A stretch of DNA of 64,000 nt from an uncultured bacterium (GCA_963749445.1 CAVVMJ010000003.1:715-64714), one strand, 5' to 3'. Positions 10,931 through 21,313 are shown, numbered from the stretch's first letter. Notes: a model not told the origin generated them from the sequence alone. Numbers and translations: made by a program.

Positions 10931-11167
10931 TTATTTATTCTCCAATTCTTTTATTCTTTTTTCTAAATCCTCAATCCTAACTTCTAACATAATAGAATCC
11001 ATGAATGACCAAATAGTTTCTAGTACAAGTATAAAGATAAAAATCCATAGCGTTGTTAATTGGCTTGCAAGCCCGTGAGAGGAACTAATAACAATAAAGA
11101 TAATCCCAAAAACTACTGCTGTAACAACTCCTTTAACTATAAGTTCTTCTCTAATTTTTTTCCACAT
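10931..11167 (-). CDS. Small two-TM membrane protein
   Basis: Two hydrophobic helices plus a short coiled coil. Confidence 0.6.
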   Translation of the reverse strand: MWKKIREELIVKGVVTAVVFGIIFIVISSSHGLASQLTTLWIFIFILVLETIWSFMDSIMLEVRIEDLEKRIKELENK

Positions 11168-11221
11168 AAATTTATAACTTAATTATTTGTCATTCCCGCG
11201 AAGGCGAGAATCATTTAATTT

Positions 11222-11301
11222 GTCATTGCGAGTGCAGCCGAAGCAATCTTTTTATAGATTGCCGCGTCGGCCAGATAAAGCCCTGGCCTCCTCGCAATGA
11301 C
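11222..11301 (+). repeat. GTCATTGCGAG...CTCGCAATGAC palindromic repeat (copies at 11667-11753, 55877-55963 inverted, partial 24716-24763)
   Basis: Near-identical ~80-bp copies with terminal inverted repeats. Confidence 0.9.
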
Positions 11302-11357
11302 ACAAAAAAGTAGATTCAGCGTCCATTCAGCGTACCTATCAGCGACAAATCAGCGGC

Positions 11358-11651
11358 CTACAATAGCTCTACATCAAGTTCCTTAAACTGATTCAGCGTC
11401 ATTCCCACGACTTTTTTGCTGGCAAGCAGCTTTTTTGACGTTAAAAAGTGCTCCCGGTTGTCGTCTTTTAACCGCACAAAGACATTGCCTTCGCTGGCGT
11501 CGGACAGGCGTTTCATGTGCAGGATGATTTTGTGCTTGTTTAGGGCTTTGCCCGTGATTTCGCAATCGTCGCCGTCCAAAATTTTAATTTTTTTGTCCTT
11601 TTCCTCGTTCTCCATTATCTCCCCGACTTCAAAAATGTCTTGTATAGTCAT
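11358..11651 (-). CDS. Hypothetical protein flanked by two repeat copies
   Basis: 97-aa ORF with GGA RBS, co-oriented with the operon. Confidence 0.55.
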   Translation of the reverse strand: MTIQDIFEVGEIMENEEKDKKIKILDGDDCEITGKALNKHKIILHMKRLSDASEGNVFVRLKDDNREHFLTSKKLLASKKVVGMTLNQFKELDVELL

Positions 11652-11758
11652 TTGTTCCTTTTTTCTGTCATTGCGAGTGCAGCCGAAGCAATCTTTATCT
11701 TAGGATGAGATTGCCGCGTCGGCCGGATAAAGCCCCGGCCTCCTCACAATGACACTTA

Positions 11759-12433
11759 TTATTCTAATTTTTTCTTGCTAATAACAACCTGTGAAGGCCG
11801 AATGACCTTACCATTTAATTCAAACCCGGTTTGGACTTCCTCTATAATAATCCCGTCGTCCTGGTCGCTTTCCGTTTCGCGGATGGCTTCGTGGAAGTTT
11901 GGGTCGAATTTTTTGCCGATGGCTTCTATTTTCCTGACGCCCAGTTCCCCAAGCGCTTTGTCCAGCTGCATAACTATACCGTCTACGCCCATTTGCCAGT
12001 TGGCGTATTTTTTCCTGAATTCCTCTGCTCTAACCCCCTCCCCGCCCTGCGGGCGGTACTCCCCCTCAGCAAGGGGGAGAGGCTCCGCACTTATCTCTGC
12101 ATTTTCCGCGGAGCTCCCCTCCTTTTCAAGGAGGGGTGTCCCGCCTTGGCGGGACGGGGTGGTTGGAGTATATTCAGGCAGATGTTTAAGCGCCTGCTCC
12201 AGCGAATCAATCGTGGGCAACAATTTTACCACCGTAACTTCCTTGGCAAATTCCAAAAGTTCCCTGTTTTCCGCTTCCTTGCGGCGCTTATAGTTTTCAA
12301 AATCCGCGGCCGCGCGCTTCCAGCCGTTCATGGCCGAATCCAAATCGGTTTGGAGTTTTTCCAAAGTTATGTTGCCGTTTTGACTGTCATCGGCCGGCTG
12401 ATGGTTATCGGTTTGCTGGTTTTCTTCTGACAT
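11759..12433 (-). CDS. grpE: Nucleotide exchange factor GrpE with in-frame repeat insertion (12032-12164)
   Basis: RAAADFENYKRR, FDPNFHEA, GFELNGKVIRPSQV. Confidence 0.96.
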   Translation of the reverse strand: MSEENQQTDNHQPADDSQNGNITLEKLQTDLDSAMNGWKRAAADFENYKRRKEAENRELLEFAKEVTVVKLLPTIDSLEQALKHLPEYTPTTPSRQGGTPLLEKEGSSAENAEISAEPLPLAEGEYRPQGGEGVRAEEFRKKYANWQMGVDGIVMQLDKALGELGVRKIEAIGKKFDPNFHEAIRETESDQDDGIIIEEVQTGFELNGKVIRPSQVVISKKKLE

Positions 12434-12494
12434 AATTGGAAACAATTACGCATTGCGGATTGCGGATTGCGAATTCGTAATGCGAAATCCGTAG

Positions 12495-13250
12495 TTATCT
12501 AATAATAAAAAGTAGCGCTATTGCCGCTCCGCCGCCCAATAATTTGCTGATATACTCCATTAACGATAAGTTCTTTTCGTACTTCATGGACTTCGGGCCG
12601 ATTAACCCAATCACTCCCCTTTTACCGCTGGGCAATTTGAGGCCGCTGACAATCATAGAATAGTCGGAATTTTTTGACAGCTTAAGCTCTTTGCCAATAA
12701 ACGTTTCCGGTTTGGTGGATGAGGAATAATCCTGCATCATTTTTTCCGCGTACTGGTCAATGTTGTCAAAAAACTGCGCGATTTCCTTGGCGTCTTCGGC
12801 CGCCAAAGCGGGGTTGTCCACGATATTGGACAAGCCGGTGGTGGAGGTTTCTTCCGGGAACAGGGCAAAACTGGCTTGTTGGGAATGATCTGATAATAGT
12901 TTGGCAATCCGGCGTCCCATTTCCGAATGCGCGATTTGTAGCTTAAACAATTCCCGCTTCAGCGCCTCCTGCTCTTTTAAAGTCAGGCGCACGCGGTCCA
13001 TAAGTTCGTTTACAAAAAACCGGAAGCCCTTGTCCGTAGGCACGCGGCCGGAGGAGGTGTACGGCTGGGCAATAAAACCCAACTTTTCCAAAACCTGCAT
13101 TTCGTTGCGGATGGTAGCCGGGCTGACGTCAAAGTTATACTTGCCCGCCAAATCCTGGCTGGCCACGGGCTGGCAATTGTCGCAGTTTTCCTTGACAATG
13201 GCCGCGAGAATTCTGGCTTGGCGAGGATTAATATCGCTATTTTCCGTCAT
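12495..13250 (-). CDS. hrcA: Heat-inducible repressor HrcA (short form)
   Basis: SPATIRNEM..LE..G.I.QPYTSSGRVPTDKG; C-terminal GLIGP..M.Y. Confidence 0.93.
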   Translation of the reverse strand: MTENSDINPRQARILAAIVKENCDNCQPVASQDLAGKYNFDVSPATIRNEMQVLEKLGFIAQPYTSSGRVPTDKGFRFFVNELMDRVRLTLKEQEALKRELFKLQIAHSEMGRRIAKLLSDHSQQASFALFPEETSTTGLSNIVDNPALAAEDAKEIAQFFDNIDQYAEKMMQDYSSSTKPETFIGKELKLSKNSDYSMIVSGLKLPSGKRGVIGLIGPKSMKYEKNLSLMEYISKLLGGGAAIALLFIIR

Positions 13251-13311
13251 AAAATTTATAGATTATTCCTTTTATCTGCGCCATCTGTTTTCATCCGCGT
13301 ATCTGTGATTA

Positions 13312-13347
13312 ATAATACTATTAGCACTCTAACCTGTCAAGTGATAA
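13312..13347 (-). promoter_or_regulatory. CIRCE operator overlapping a sigma70 promoter
   Basis: TTAGCACTC-N9-AAGTGATAA at 13321-13347 (2 mismatches to consensus). Minus-strand TTGACA-17-TATTAT. Confidence 0.9.
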
Positions 13348-13489
13348 TCCAACTAATTTATTACTAGTCCTATTTGTGGATAATTATGGCAAAATAACAA
13401 AAATCCCCAATAAATAAAGGTGTTGACACTGGGTGAACGATTGTATACTATATTAATACGATTAATTAATAACCCCAAAAAGGAGGCAT

Positions 13490-14026
13490 ATGGACAAAAC
13501 AAAATTAAATCAAATTACCAATATACTGCCGGTTTCCCCTAACTTTATTGAACGGCGGATTTACTCTATACGCGACCGGCAAGTTATGCTGGACAGCGAT
13601 TTGGCGGATTTGTATCAAGTAAAAACAAAAAACCTTAACAAAGCCATTAAGCGCAACCCGGATCGGTTTCCTCAAGATTTCATGTTTCAGCTCACTAAAA
13701 AAGAAGCGGGTAACTTGAGGTTCCAATTTGGAACCTCAAGTTACGGCGGCAGGCGTTATTTACCCTATGCTTTTAGCGAGTACGGAGTGGTTATGTTGTC
13801 TTCGGTTTTAAATAGCCATCGGGCCATACAAATGAACATCGCGATAGTCAGAGCCTTTATCAAACTTCGGGAAATGCTTGAGGAATATAAAGGCTTATCC
13901 AAACAAGTCGCCAAAATTAAAGGCGTCCAGGATTTACATACCAAAGTGTTGGTAAAAGTCGTAAAAAATTTAAAAAGAATCAGTACTCCCGTAAGCACCA
14001 CCGCGATTGGCTTTAGGGTTAATTAA
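13490..14026 (+). CDS. ORF6N-domain DNA-binding protein
   Basis: VMLDSDLA.LY.V.TK.LN.A.KRN..RFP.DFMFQL...GGRRYLPYAF.E.GV.MLS.VL.S. Confidence 0.9.
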   Translation: MDKTKLNQITNILPVSPNFIERRIYSIRDRQVMLDSDLADLYQVKTKNLNKAIKRNPDRFPQDFMFQLTKKEAGNLRFQFGTSSYGGRRYLPYAFSEYGVVMLSSVLNSHRAIQMNIAIVRAFIKLREMLEEYKGLSKQVAKIKGVQDLHTKVLVKVVKNLKRISTPVSTTAIGFRVN

Positions 14027-14037
14027 AAATAAAAAAT

Positions 14038-15222
14038 ATGAAAACCAAACACATTCTATTTGCGGCGATGGTAATTTTTGCCGCGCCAATGGTTAGCCAG
14101 GCCGCTGCCGCGCATAGTTCCCGCGTCTGCTCTGTGGCCAAAAAGACCGGACTGGCCAGCTGCAACGCCCATGTAGTGACGGACAATAAGGGGAAATTTT
14201 TGGTCAGCGCATCGCCGCAGGGTTTTAGCCCGACGCAACTGCGGAGCGCTTATGGTCTTTCCGGAAAAGCCAATAAAAATCCCATAGTCGCCATTGTGGA
14301 TGCTTACGATGACCCAACGCTAAAAAATGACCTGGATGTTTATAGCCGGCAGTTTGGCTTGCCGGTGTTGGCCGATTGCAAAACTGCCGTCGTCAAATCG
14401 CCAATCCCCTGCTTCCAAAAACTCAGCCAGCGGGGAACATCCGCTTTACCAAAACCAAACGGCGGTTGGGCGATGGAAATTGCGCTGGATGTGGAAACCG
14501 TGCATGCTGCGTGCGAAAACTGCTCTATATTATTGGTGGAAGCGACTTCGCCGAATATGAATAATTTGATGCTGGCCGTGGATACCGCAGTCAGAGCCGG
14601 CGCCGTTGCGGTTTCCAATTCTTACGGCGGTCCGGAATTCGCGCAGGAAACGCAATTTGACAGCCATTTCAATCACCCGGGCGTGGCTTTTACCGTCTCT
14701 TCCGGCGATAGCGGCTATGGCGTGGAATATCCCGCAGCTTCACCTTATGTTACGGCTGTGGGCGGTACTTCCCTATATTTAGGCGCTGATGGAAAATACA
14801 AAAACGAAGACGCCTGGAGCGGCGCCGGTTCGGGATGTTCGCAGTTTGAATCAAAACCCGCTTGGCAGACAGACGCGAAGTGTCCCGGACGGACGGTAGC
14901 CGATGTTTCAGCCGTGGCCGACCCCCAAACCGGCATAGCCATATACACTACCACCAGCACCAAAAACCAAAAAGGCTGGTTTACCGCGGGCGGTACATCT
15001 CTATCCGCGCCGCTCATTGCCGCAGTCTACGCGCTGGCCGGAAATTTACCCGCTGATAAAAACGCCAACAGCCTGCCCTACAGCTTAGGGTCAAAATCCA
15101 ATTTACACGATGTTGTCGGCGGCTCAAACGGGAACTGTAGTCCGGCGTATTTATGCACGGGCAAAACCAAATACGACGGCCCCACCGGCCTGGGCAGTCC
15201 CAAAGGTACGGGCGCGTTTTGA
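14038..15222 (+). CDS. Secreted S53/S8 family peptidase
   Basis: Signal peptide, EIALDVE, SSGDSG, GGTSLSAP. Confidence 0.88.
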   Translation: MKTKHILFAAMVIFAAPMVSQAAAAHSSRVCSVAKKTGLASCNAHVVTDNKGKFLVSASPQGFSPTQLRSAYGLSGKANKNPIVAIVDAYDDPTLKNDLDVYSRQFGLPVLADCKTAVVKSPIPCFQKLSQRGTSALPKPNGGWAMEIALDVETVHAACENCSILLVEATSPNMNNLMLAVDTAVRAGAVAVSNSYGGPEFAQETQFDSHFNHPGVAFTVSSGDSGYGVEYPAASPYVTAVGGTSLYLGADGKYKNEDAWSGAGSGCSQFESKPAWQTDAKCPGRTVADVSAVADPQTGIAIYTTTSTKNQKGWFTAGGTSLSAPLIAAVYALAGNLPADKNANSLPYSLGSKSNLHDVVGGSNGNCSPAYLCTGKTKYDGPTGLGSPKGTGAF

Positions 15223-15232
15223 CTTTTTTCCT

Positions 15233-15622
15233 ATGATTAAAAAATTCTTAGAATGGATAAAATTAAAACAACGGCTCCATAATATCTCCGCTCAGCCCCC
15301 TTTAGTCCGCAAACGGGATTTATGGTGGCTAAGCTTGGGAGAAAACGTCGGGTCGGAAATGAATGGGAAAAGCGGACTATTTTCTAGGCCGGCGCTGATT
15401 CTAAAAAAGCTGGCGCATGGGTTTTTTCTGGTTGCCCCAACCACAACAAAAATCCACGAAGGCACTTGGTATGTAAAAATAAACTACGCGGGCAAAGACA
15501 TGTGGATTTGCCTTCATCAAATCAGGACAGTAGATTATCGCCGCCTGTCGAGCCAGCTCGGCCAAATTGGAACAGATGATTTTGAGCAGGTACAAATGGC
15601 TTTTTGGGAACTATACAAATAA
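15233..15622 (+). CDS. PemK/MazF-like toxin
   Basis: WW..LGENVGSE..GK...F.RP.L and QIR.VD.RRL motifs. True start is probably MIKKF. Confidence 0.8.
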   Translation: MIKKFLEWIKLKQRLHNISAQPPLVRKRDLWWLSLGENVGSEMNGKSGLFSRPALILKKLAHGFFLVAPTTTKIHEGTWYVKINYAGKDMWICLHQIRTVDYRRLSSQLGQIGTDDFEQVQMAFWELYK

Positions 15623-15796
15623 AATTCCCCCGCTCTTGCGAGCGAGGGCCGTGGCTAATGCCGAATGTATTTATATATTAGCAGATCCAATAAATTTGTC
15701 AAGCCTATCGGATAAATAAAAATTGACACAAATATACCCATTATCTAAAATGACTGTACTCCATTAAAGCCGCCTTAGACGGCTAAAGGTAACCAT

Positions 15797-16198
15797 ATGA
15801 CTAACCCAAAATTCCTCATCGATGATAAAGAACTAAAAAAGAAGCTCACGCCCGAGCAATACCGTATTCTGCGGGAAAAAGGCACCGAGGCGCCTTTTAC
15901 CTCGCCCCTTTTAAATGCGCATGATAAAGGCATGTTTGCCTGCGCCGTTTGCGGCAACCAATTGTTCAGTTCCGATACAAAATTTGATTCCGGCACCGGC
16001 TGGCCGAGTTTTGACGAGGCGCTGCCCGGCGCCGTAGAATTGCGTGATGATTTTGACATGGGCATGCGCCGCACAGAAGTTGTTTGCGCCAACTGCAGCT
16101 CGCATTTAGGGCACGTATTCGATGATGGTCCTGTTGAAACCACCGGAAAAAGATTCTGCATCAACGGCGCGTGTCTGCTGCACCAGCCAAAAAAATAA
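15797..16198 (+). CDS. msrB: Methionine-R-sulfoxide reductase
   Basis: GTE.PF, SGTGWPSF, HLGHVF.DGP, RFCIN. Confidence 0.97.
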   Translation: MTNPKFLIDDKELKKKLTPEQYRILREKGTEAPFTSPLLNAHDKGMFACAVCGNQLFSSDTKFDSGTGWPSFDEALPGAVELRDDFDMGMRRTEVVCANCSSHLGHVFDDGPVETTGKRFCINGACLLHQPKK

Positions 16199-16294
16199 AA
16201 AACCTTAAGTCACCCATTCAACAAGCTAAGGCGGTTTTTCAAACTGGGCCAAAATGCTATAATAACCTAAAGAACAAAATAATCAAGAACCATT

Positions 16295-18559
16295 ATGAAA
16301 CCTTCTAAAAACGTCCGCGTAGTTGTCGTAATTTTATCACTCGCGATGACAGTTGCCCTGGCTAGTATGCCGCCAAAAACCAACGCAGCCCAAGCGTGCG
16401 CCACAACACTTTATCCCGGGGACAGCATCCAGGCGGCCGTGGACTGTAACACAGCCGGCACGACTTTTACCTTGACTCCCGGGGTCTACCGCGGACAGTC
16501 CGTCGCGCCAAAAAATAACGACGTGTTTGTGGGCCAGCCCGGCGCGATTTTAAACGGCTCCAAACTCTTAACTAATTTTACCCAACAAAACGGCATGTGG
16601 CTGGCCACGGGCCAAAGCCGGGTCGATCAGCCTCACGGAGATTGCGATGCCACCCATCCGGGCTGCAACTATCCCGAAGACTTATATTTTGACAGCATCC
16701 CCCTGCAACATATGGCCAACTTAAGCGACGTAGCTGCCGGCAAATGGTATTTTGATTACGCGGCGGGAATAGTTTATTTGGGCAATAACCCGGCCGGACA
16801 CACGGTTGAGCTCGGCGCCACAAAGACGGCCTTTGGCGGCGCGGCCACGGGCGTGACCATCCGCAATTTAATAATTGAAAAATACGCCAACAACGCCCAA
16901 ATAGGCGCCGTGGGCGGCGATAAGTGGGGTTCGGACAAGCCGTTCAACTGGACTTTGCAAAACAACGAAATCCGCCTGAACCACGGCGCCGGCATCAGCC
17001 TCTTGGACGGGGCGGAAGTAAACGGCAACTATATTCACGACAACGGCGAAATAGGCTACTCGCTCCAGGGAAAAAATATTGTTTTTGAAAACAACAATCT
17101 GGCCTATAACAACTACGCCGGATTTGATTGCGGCTGGGAATGCGGCGGGGGCAAGGCGGCGTTTACCAATAATCTGACTTTCCGCAATAATTATTCCCAC
17201 GACAATTTCGGACCCGGCTTTTGGACCGACACCGACAATGTTAATACCACGTACAGCGGCAATGTCATAGCCAACAACCAACTGGAAGGCATTGAGTACG
17301 AAATCAGCTTTTCGGGTAAAATTACCAACAACACTTTTTTGAACAACGGAAGCGGCCGGTCGTATGGCGTGCCGTGGGGCACGCAAATCATGCTTTATAA
17401 TTCCCAGAATGTGGAAATTTCGGGCAATACGCTGGTGGTGTCGCCGAGCTTGGGCAACGGCATAGGTTTAATGGATACCCCGCGCGGCTCCTCCGCCACT
17501 TTAGGCGCTTATTTGCTTGCTAACAACAGTATTCACGATAACGACATGACTTACCAAGGATCTTCAGGAATGACAGGAGTCCAAAAAACCGACAGCAACT
17601 TTACCGTCAGCGGGACTATTGATCCCACAAATGTGTTTTATAACAACCATTATCACGCTTCGGACATAACCGCCAACCATTTTTATTGGAACGGCGCCAT
17701 GTCCTTTAGCGCTTTCCAGCAAAAGGGGCAGGAAACCCACGGCACTATGGATACAACCATTTCCGCGCACCCGTTGGTCATTCCCACCGGAGTCAGCAAT
17801 AACCCCACAGCCGCGGGCGCTGTTGCCGCGGTTCCCGTTGCGCCCCGCGCCGGCCAGCTGATTAACATTAACGGAACGGTCTACCTTGTTGCCAACACCG
17901 GCCTCTATGGTTTTCCCGATGCCGCGACTTTTTATTCCTGGGGGTATAAGTTTACCGATATTGTTACGGCCAACAGCGCGGAAACGGCTTTAAGTATGAT
18001 CGGATTAGTGCCAACCGAACAAGCCGGATGCTCCAGTCCGCTGAATCAGATTAACGGCAGTTGCGGCCAGGCCGGTTCAACCACCACGCCCAGAGTCGGG
18101 CAATTAGTCAACATAGGCAATACTGTCTATCTTGTTGCCAACACCGGCCTGTACGGCTTTCCCGATGCCCCGACATTTTATTCCTGGGGATTTAGCTTTA
18201 GCCAGATAGTGCCTGCCAACAGCGCGGAATCGGCTTTAACCATGATCGGATTAGTGCCAACGGAACAATCCGGATGTTCCAGCCCGATAAATCAAATAAA
18301 CGGCACCTGCGCTGTTTCTCAGGTCACCGCTAGGCCCGGCCAAATAATAAGCATCAACAAAACCGTTTACCTGGTTTCCAGCACCGGCCTGTACGGCTTT
18401 CCCGATGCCGCAACATTTTACTCCTGGGGCTTTACCTTTGACAATATTGTCGCTGCCAACAGCGCCGAATCCGCTTTGCCAATGATAGGGATAGTCCCAA
18501 CCAAACAAGCCGCCTGCACCCACCCCCTTGACCAAATCAGCGGCTCCTGCGGTTCTTGA
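16295..18559 (+). CDS. Secreted right-handed beta-helix protein with three C-terminal surface repeats
   Basis: Signal peptide, Asn-ladder repeats, 3x G.LINI..TVYLV..TGLYGFPDA.TFYSWG. Confidence 0.8.
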   Translation: MKPSKNVRVVVVILSLAMTVALASMPPKTNAAQACATTLYPGDSIQAAVDCNTAGTTFTLTPGVYRGQSVAPKNNDVFVGQPGAILNGSKLLTNFTQQNGMWLATGQSRVDQPHGDCDATHPGCNYPEDLYFDSIPLQHMANLSDVAAGKWYFDYAAGIVYLGNNPAGHTVELGATKTAFGGAATGVTIRNLIIEKYANNAQIGAVGGDKWGSDKPFNWTLQNNEIRLNHGAGISLLDGAEVNGNYIHDNGEIGYSLQGKNIVFENNNLAYNNYAGFDCGWECGGGKAAFTNNLTFRNNYSHDNFGPGFWTDTDNVNTTYSGNVIANNQLEGIEYEISFSGKITNNTFLNNGSGRSYGVPWGTQIMLYNSQNVEISGNTLVVSPSLGNGIGLMDTPRGSSATLGAYLLANNSIHDNDMTYQGSSGMTGVQKTDSNFTVSGTIDPTNVFYNNHYHASDITANHFYWNGAMSFSAFQQKGQETHGTMDTTISAHPLVIPTGVSNNPTAAGAVAAVPVAPRAGQLININGTVYLVANTGLYGFPDAATFYSWGYKFTDIVTANSAETALSMIGLVPTEQAGCSSPLNQINGSCGQAGSTTTPRVGQLVNIGNTVYLVANTGLYGFPDAPTFYSWGFSFSQIVPANSAESALTMIGLVPTEQSGCSSPINQINGTCAVSQVTARPGQIISINKTVYLVSSTGLYGFPDAATFYSWGFTFDNIVAANSAESALPMIGIVPTKQAACTHPLDQISGSCGS

Positions 18560-18581
18560 TAAAACGGCTTGCGATAATCAC

Positions 18582-18616
18582 AAAACGGCCATCTTGATTT
18601 ATCAGGATGGCCGTTT
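18582..18616. terminator. Bidirectional terminator-like hairpin
   Basis: AAACGGCCATCTTGA...TCAGGATGGCCGTTT between convergent genes. Confidence 0.65.
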
Positions 18617-18649
18617 ATCTTTGATTTGGCATTCTCCTATTCGCGCGAA

Positions 18650-21301
18650 TTAGAGCAGCTTAATGTAAGCGCGGGTGGTGTCGTCCAGCTGGCCGGTGGG
18701 TTTTAGGCCGGCATTTTTTTGGAACCTGATTAACGCCGCGCGCGTCCGTGGCCCAAAATAAATTGTTTCATTGCCCGGCGCCCCCGCGCCGTATTTTGCC
18801 AGAATAAAACCTTGGGTATTCAAAAATTGCTGTAAAAACTTAACGTCGTCGCCCTTCATCCCAAATTTTAGATTGCGTGGAAAATTATAAGTCGCCGCGC
18901 TCAAAACCACGGTTGTGGGAGTAGATGAAGAAACCGGAGTGGTGGTTGCGACCGTAGTTGTCGCGACAGGCAATGCAACCGGCGAAAAATAAACAGAACC
19001 GCCGCCGACCGATAATGTTGGTACAACCGATGCGGATGACGATGCGGCCGGCGGGCTGACGATTGTAAAACCCGTTGATTGGACTTCTTCCGCGTTGCCC
19101 ACGCGGTCAGTGGAGTAAAAACTAATTTGATGTTGGCCGACGCCGCTAACGCTAACCGGCGTCGCAGTCGCGTCTAGAAACGTTGAATCAAAAGTGGACG
19201 AAGCCTCCTGCCATTGCCCGCCGTCAAGCTGGTACATAATTTTGTAAATTCCCGATGTCTGGTTTTCCTGCCCGGCGATTATCTGATCGCTCGCCGCCAA
19301 ATCAACCTCCACCCCGCCGACAAAATCCCCGTCCGCGTTTTTATCGCCTAAAACCGTAACCGATGACACCGGCGACAACAAATCCAAAGACTGGTTTTGG
19401 TCCAGCGTGGCGGAAGGAACAATAACACGGTCGTCGCTGGTAAAATTTATTGTCTGGTCGTTAGTAAAATTTAAAGTTAATTCAGCCGTGGATGTCGCGG
19501 TAATAGGCACGCCGCCATAATAAGCGGTACTAACGATTTGTCCGTCAATAATTTTGGATGAATAAAAATCAAAAGTCCCGTTGTCCGTGGCAATAAATTT
19601 AATAGTATAGGTATGCCCCGGCGGTAGGAAAGCAAATTTATCATGATCTAAAACATCATATTGGACTCCGTCAATATTATAATCAAAACTGCCGTCCGGA
19701 TTTAGACCAACATGGTTGCCAAGTTCGTCATAAACTTGCAGATTGACAGGGCTGTGCACGGACACCTGCTCGCCGTCGAAATGGCATTCTGATGAGTCTT
19801 GCGTTATTTTAGTTTCCGGTAAATTATCGCCAGTAATAATGTTCTCAACCTGCTGCCTTATGCCATCGTGGGTAAGCATGGTGCCATGTAACTCATCCGT
19901 ATCCAGAACATAATAATTTTGTGTACCTTTTATATTGCTGGCGGAAATTATTGGCACTGTCCCATCACCGGCCACATAGTTTAGCTTATAATCTCCATTG
20001 CTACCAATTAAAATTTGTCCTACTGTTCCGCTCTGACAACCCATAATGTTGTAAGTTTGCATACCGCTGCCAGAAAAATCCATATTGTCAAAACCCGCAC
20101 TATGAAAAATCCCCGATTGGTCAATCAAATTTGAATTTCCTCCCAGATCCTTTAAGGCCTTTGTTGAGTCGGCAAAATTGTAAACTTGGCCGCCAATTAA
20201 GGAAACGCTAGAGTTTAAACTACCCAAATAACCAGTGGAGTGATTAAAATACTCCTGGCTGGGCAGCATTTGATAAACTGCCGGCATATTTTGACTGATT
20301 TTTTTCATTTCAGCCGGATCAAGTCCGATAAACCATTTTTTTACTCCAAGCGAGTCGCCATAAAGCAACATTTTCGCCGATTGTGGAGCGCCTAAATTCG
20401 GCGTACCAACAAAAACCAATTTGTTGATTTTACCCGCGTATTCCGGATGGTCATAAAGCAAACGTTTGATTAATAATCCACCTTGACTATGAGCGACTAT
20501 ATCAATTTTGCCTGTTGTACTTGAGGCGACAAGCGTATCAATTTCCGGCTTGAGAAAATTATCAGAATTCTTTTTTATATCGTCCCGCCAGTCATAAGGA
20601 AATAAAAATAAATTTGGATTGGTGCTGGTTGAATAGCCTTTAGCAATTAAATCAAACACCAATTGTTTCGAATAATCAAATGTCGGATGAGGTGCTCCTA
20701 AAACTTGTCCTAATGTTAAGCTAGCATCTACTGGGTTGCCGTTTGAATCGAAAGCTAAAGGATCCATAAAACCATCGGACGGCTTTAATATACTTGCCAT
20801 CCTTCCTATATCTGGCCACAAGATTTCACTGCCTTTATCAATTTCCGTTCCCAAAGTGCCTGGGATTATCAATAATGGCGATGTTATTACAGTGGAAACG
20901 TCATTAAAAACGCAAGTTATGGTAACATTGCCATTCAAGCCATCCATTTCCACCCCGTCCTCTATGGGAATAAAATTCCCGTTGCCGTCACTGCTTGAAC
21001 AGTTAACGCTTCGCGTTTTCCAACCGGGCTGATTATCCTCGTAAAATAGATAATCGTTTGTTCGCACATTAATTTCCGAGGATCCTTGTCCTCCAGTCGT
21101 TGTTGTTTGAATCTGAAAGTCCGGGAGCAAATTAAAGCTACTACCATTTTTTCCGTAGCCGTAAAAATTAAAAACTCCGTCGCCGCCAATAGAATTCTTT
21201 ATAACTACCAGCCTTAAACTTGACCACGGAGAAATAACCATCGCGAAAGTTTGCCATGGTAAAAAGGTCAGACAAATTATAACGATTAATTTTTTATACA
21301 C
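18650..21301 (-). CDS. Secreted LCAT/phospholipase-like alpha/beta hydrolase with C-terminal peptidoglycan-binding domain
   Basis: IIPG, FPYDWR, AHSQGG, GTPNLG, GDGTVP. C-terminal LKFG.KG.DV..LQ.FL...FQ. Confidence 0.8.
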   Translation of the reverse strand: MYKKLIVIICLTFLPWQTFAMVISPWSSLRLVVIKNSIGGDGVFNFYGYGKNGSSFNLLPDFQIQTTTTGGQGSSEINVRTNDYLFYEDNQPGWKTRSVNCSSSDGNGNFIPIEDGVEMDGLNGNVTITCVFNDVSTVITSPLLIIPGTLGTEIDKGSEILWPDIGRMASILKPSDGFMDPLAFDSNGNPVDASLTLGQVLGAPHPTFDYSKQLVFDLIAKGYSTSTNPNLFLFPYDWRDDIKKNSDNFLKPEIDTLVASSTTGKIDIVAHSQGGLLIKRLLYDHPEYAGKINKLVFVGTPNLGAPQSAKMLLYGDSLGVKKWFIGLDPAEMKKISQNMPAVYQMLPSQEYFNHSTGYLGSLNSSVSLIGGQVYNFADSTKALKDLGGNSNLIDQSGIFHSAGFDNMDFSGSGMQTYNIMGCQSGTVGQILIGSNGDYKLNYVAGDGTVPIISASNIKGTQNYYVLDTDELHGTMLTHDGIRQQVENIITGDNLPETKITQDSSECHFDGEQVSVHSPVNLQVYDELGNHVGLNPDGSFDYNIDGVQYDVLDHDKFAFLPPGHTYTIKFIATDNGTFDFYSSKIIDGQIVSTAYYGGVPITATSTAELTLNFTNDQTINFTSDDRVIVPSATLDQNQSLDLLSPVSSVTVLGDKNADGDFVGGVEVDLAASDQIIAGQENQTSGIYKIMYQLDGGQWQEASSTFDSTFLDATATPVSVSGVGQHQISFYSTDRVGNAEEVQSTGFTIVSPPAASSSASVVPTLSVGGGSVYFSPVALPVATTTVATTTPVSSSTPTTVVLSAATYNFPRNLKFGMKGDDVKFLQQFLNTQGFILAKYGAGAPGNETIYFGPRTRAALIRFQKNAGLKPTGQLDDTTRAYIKLL

Positions 21302-21313
21302 TTGTTAGAACAA

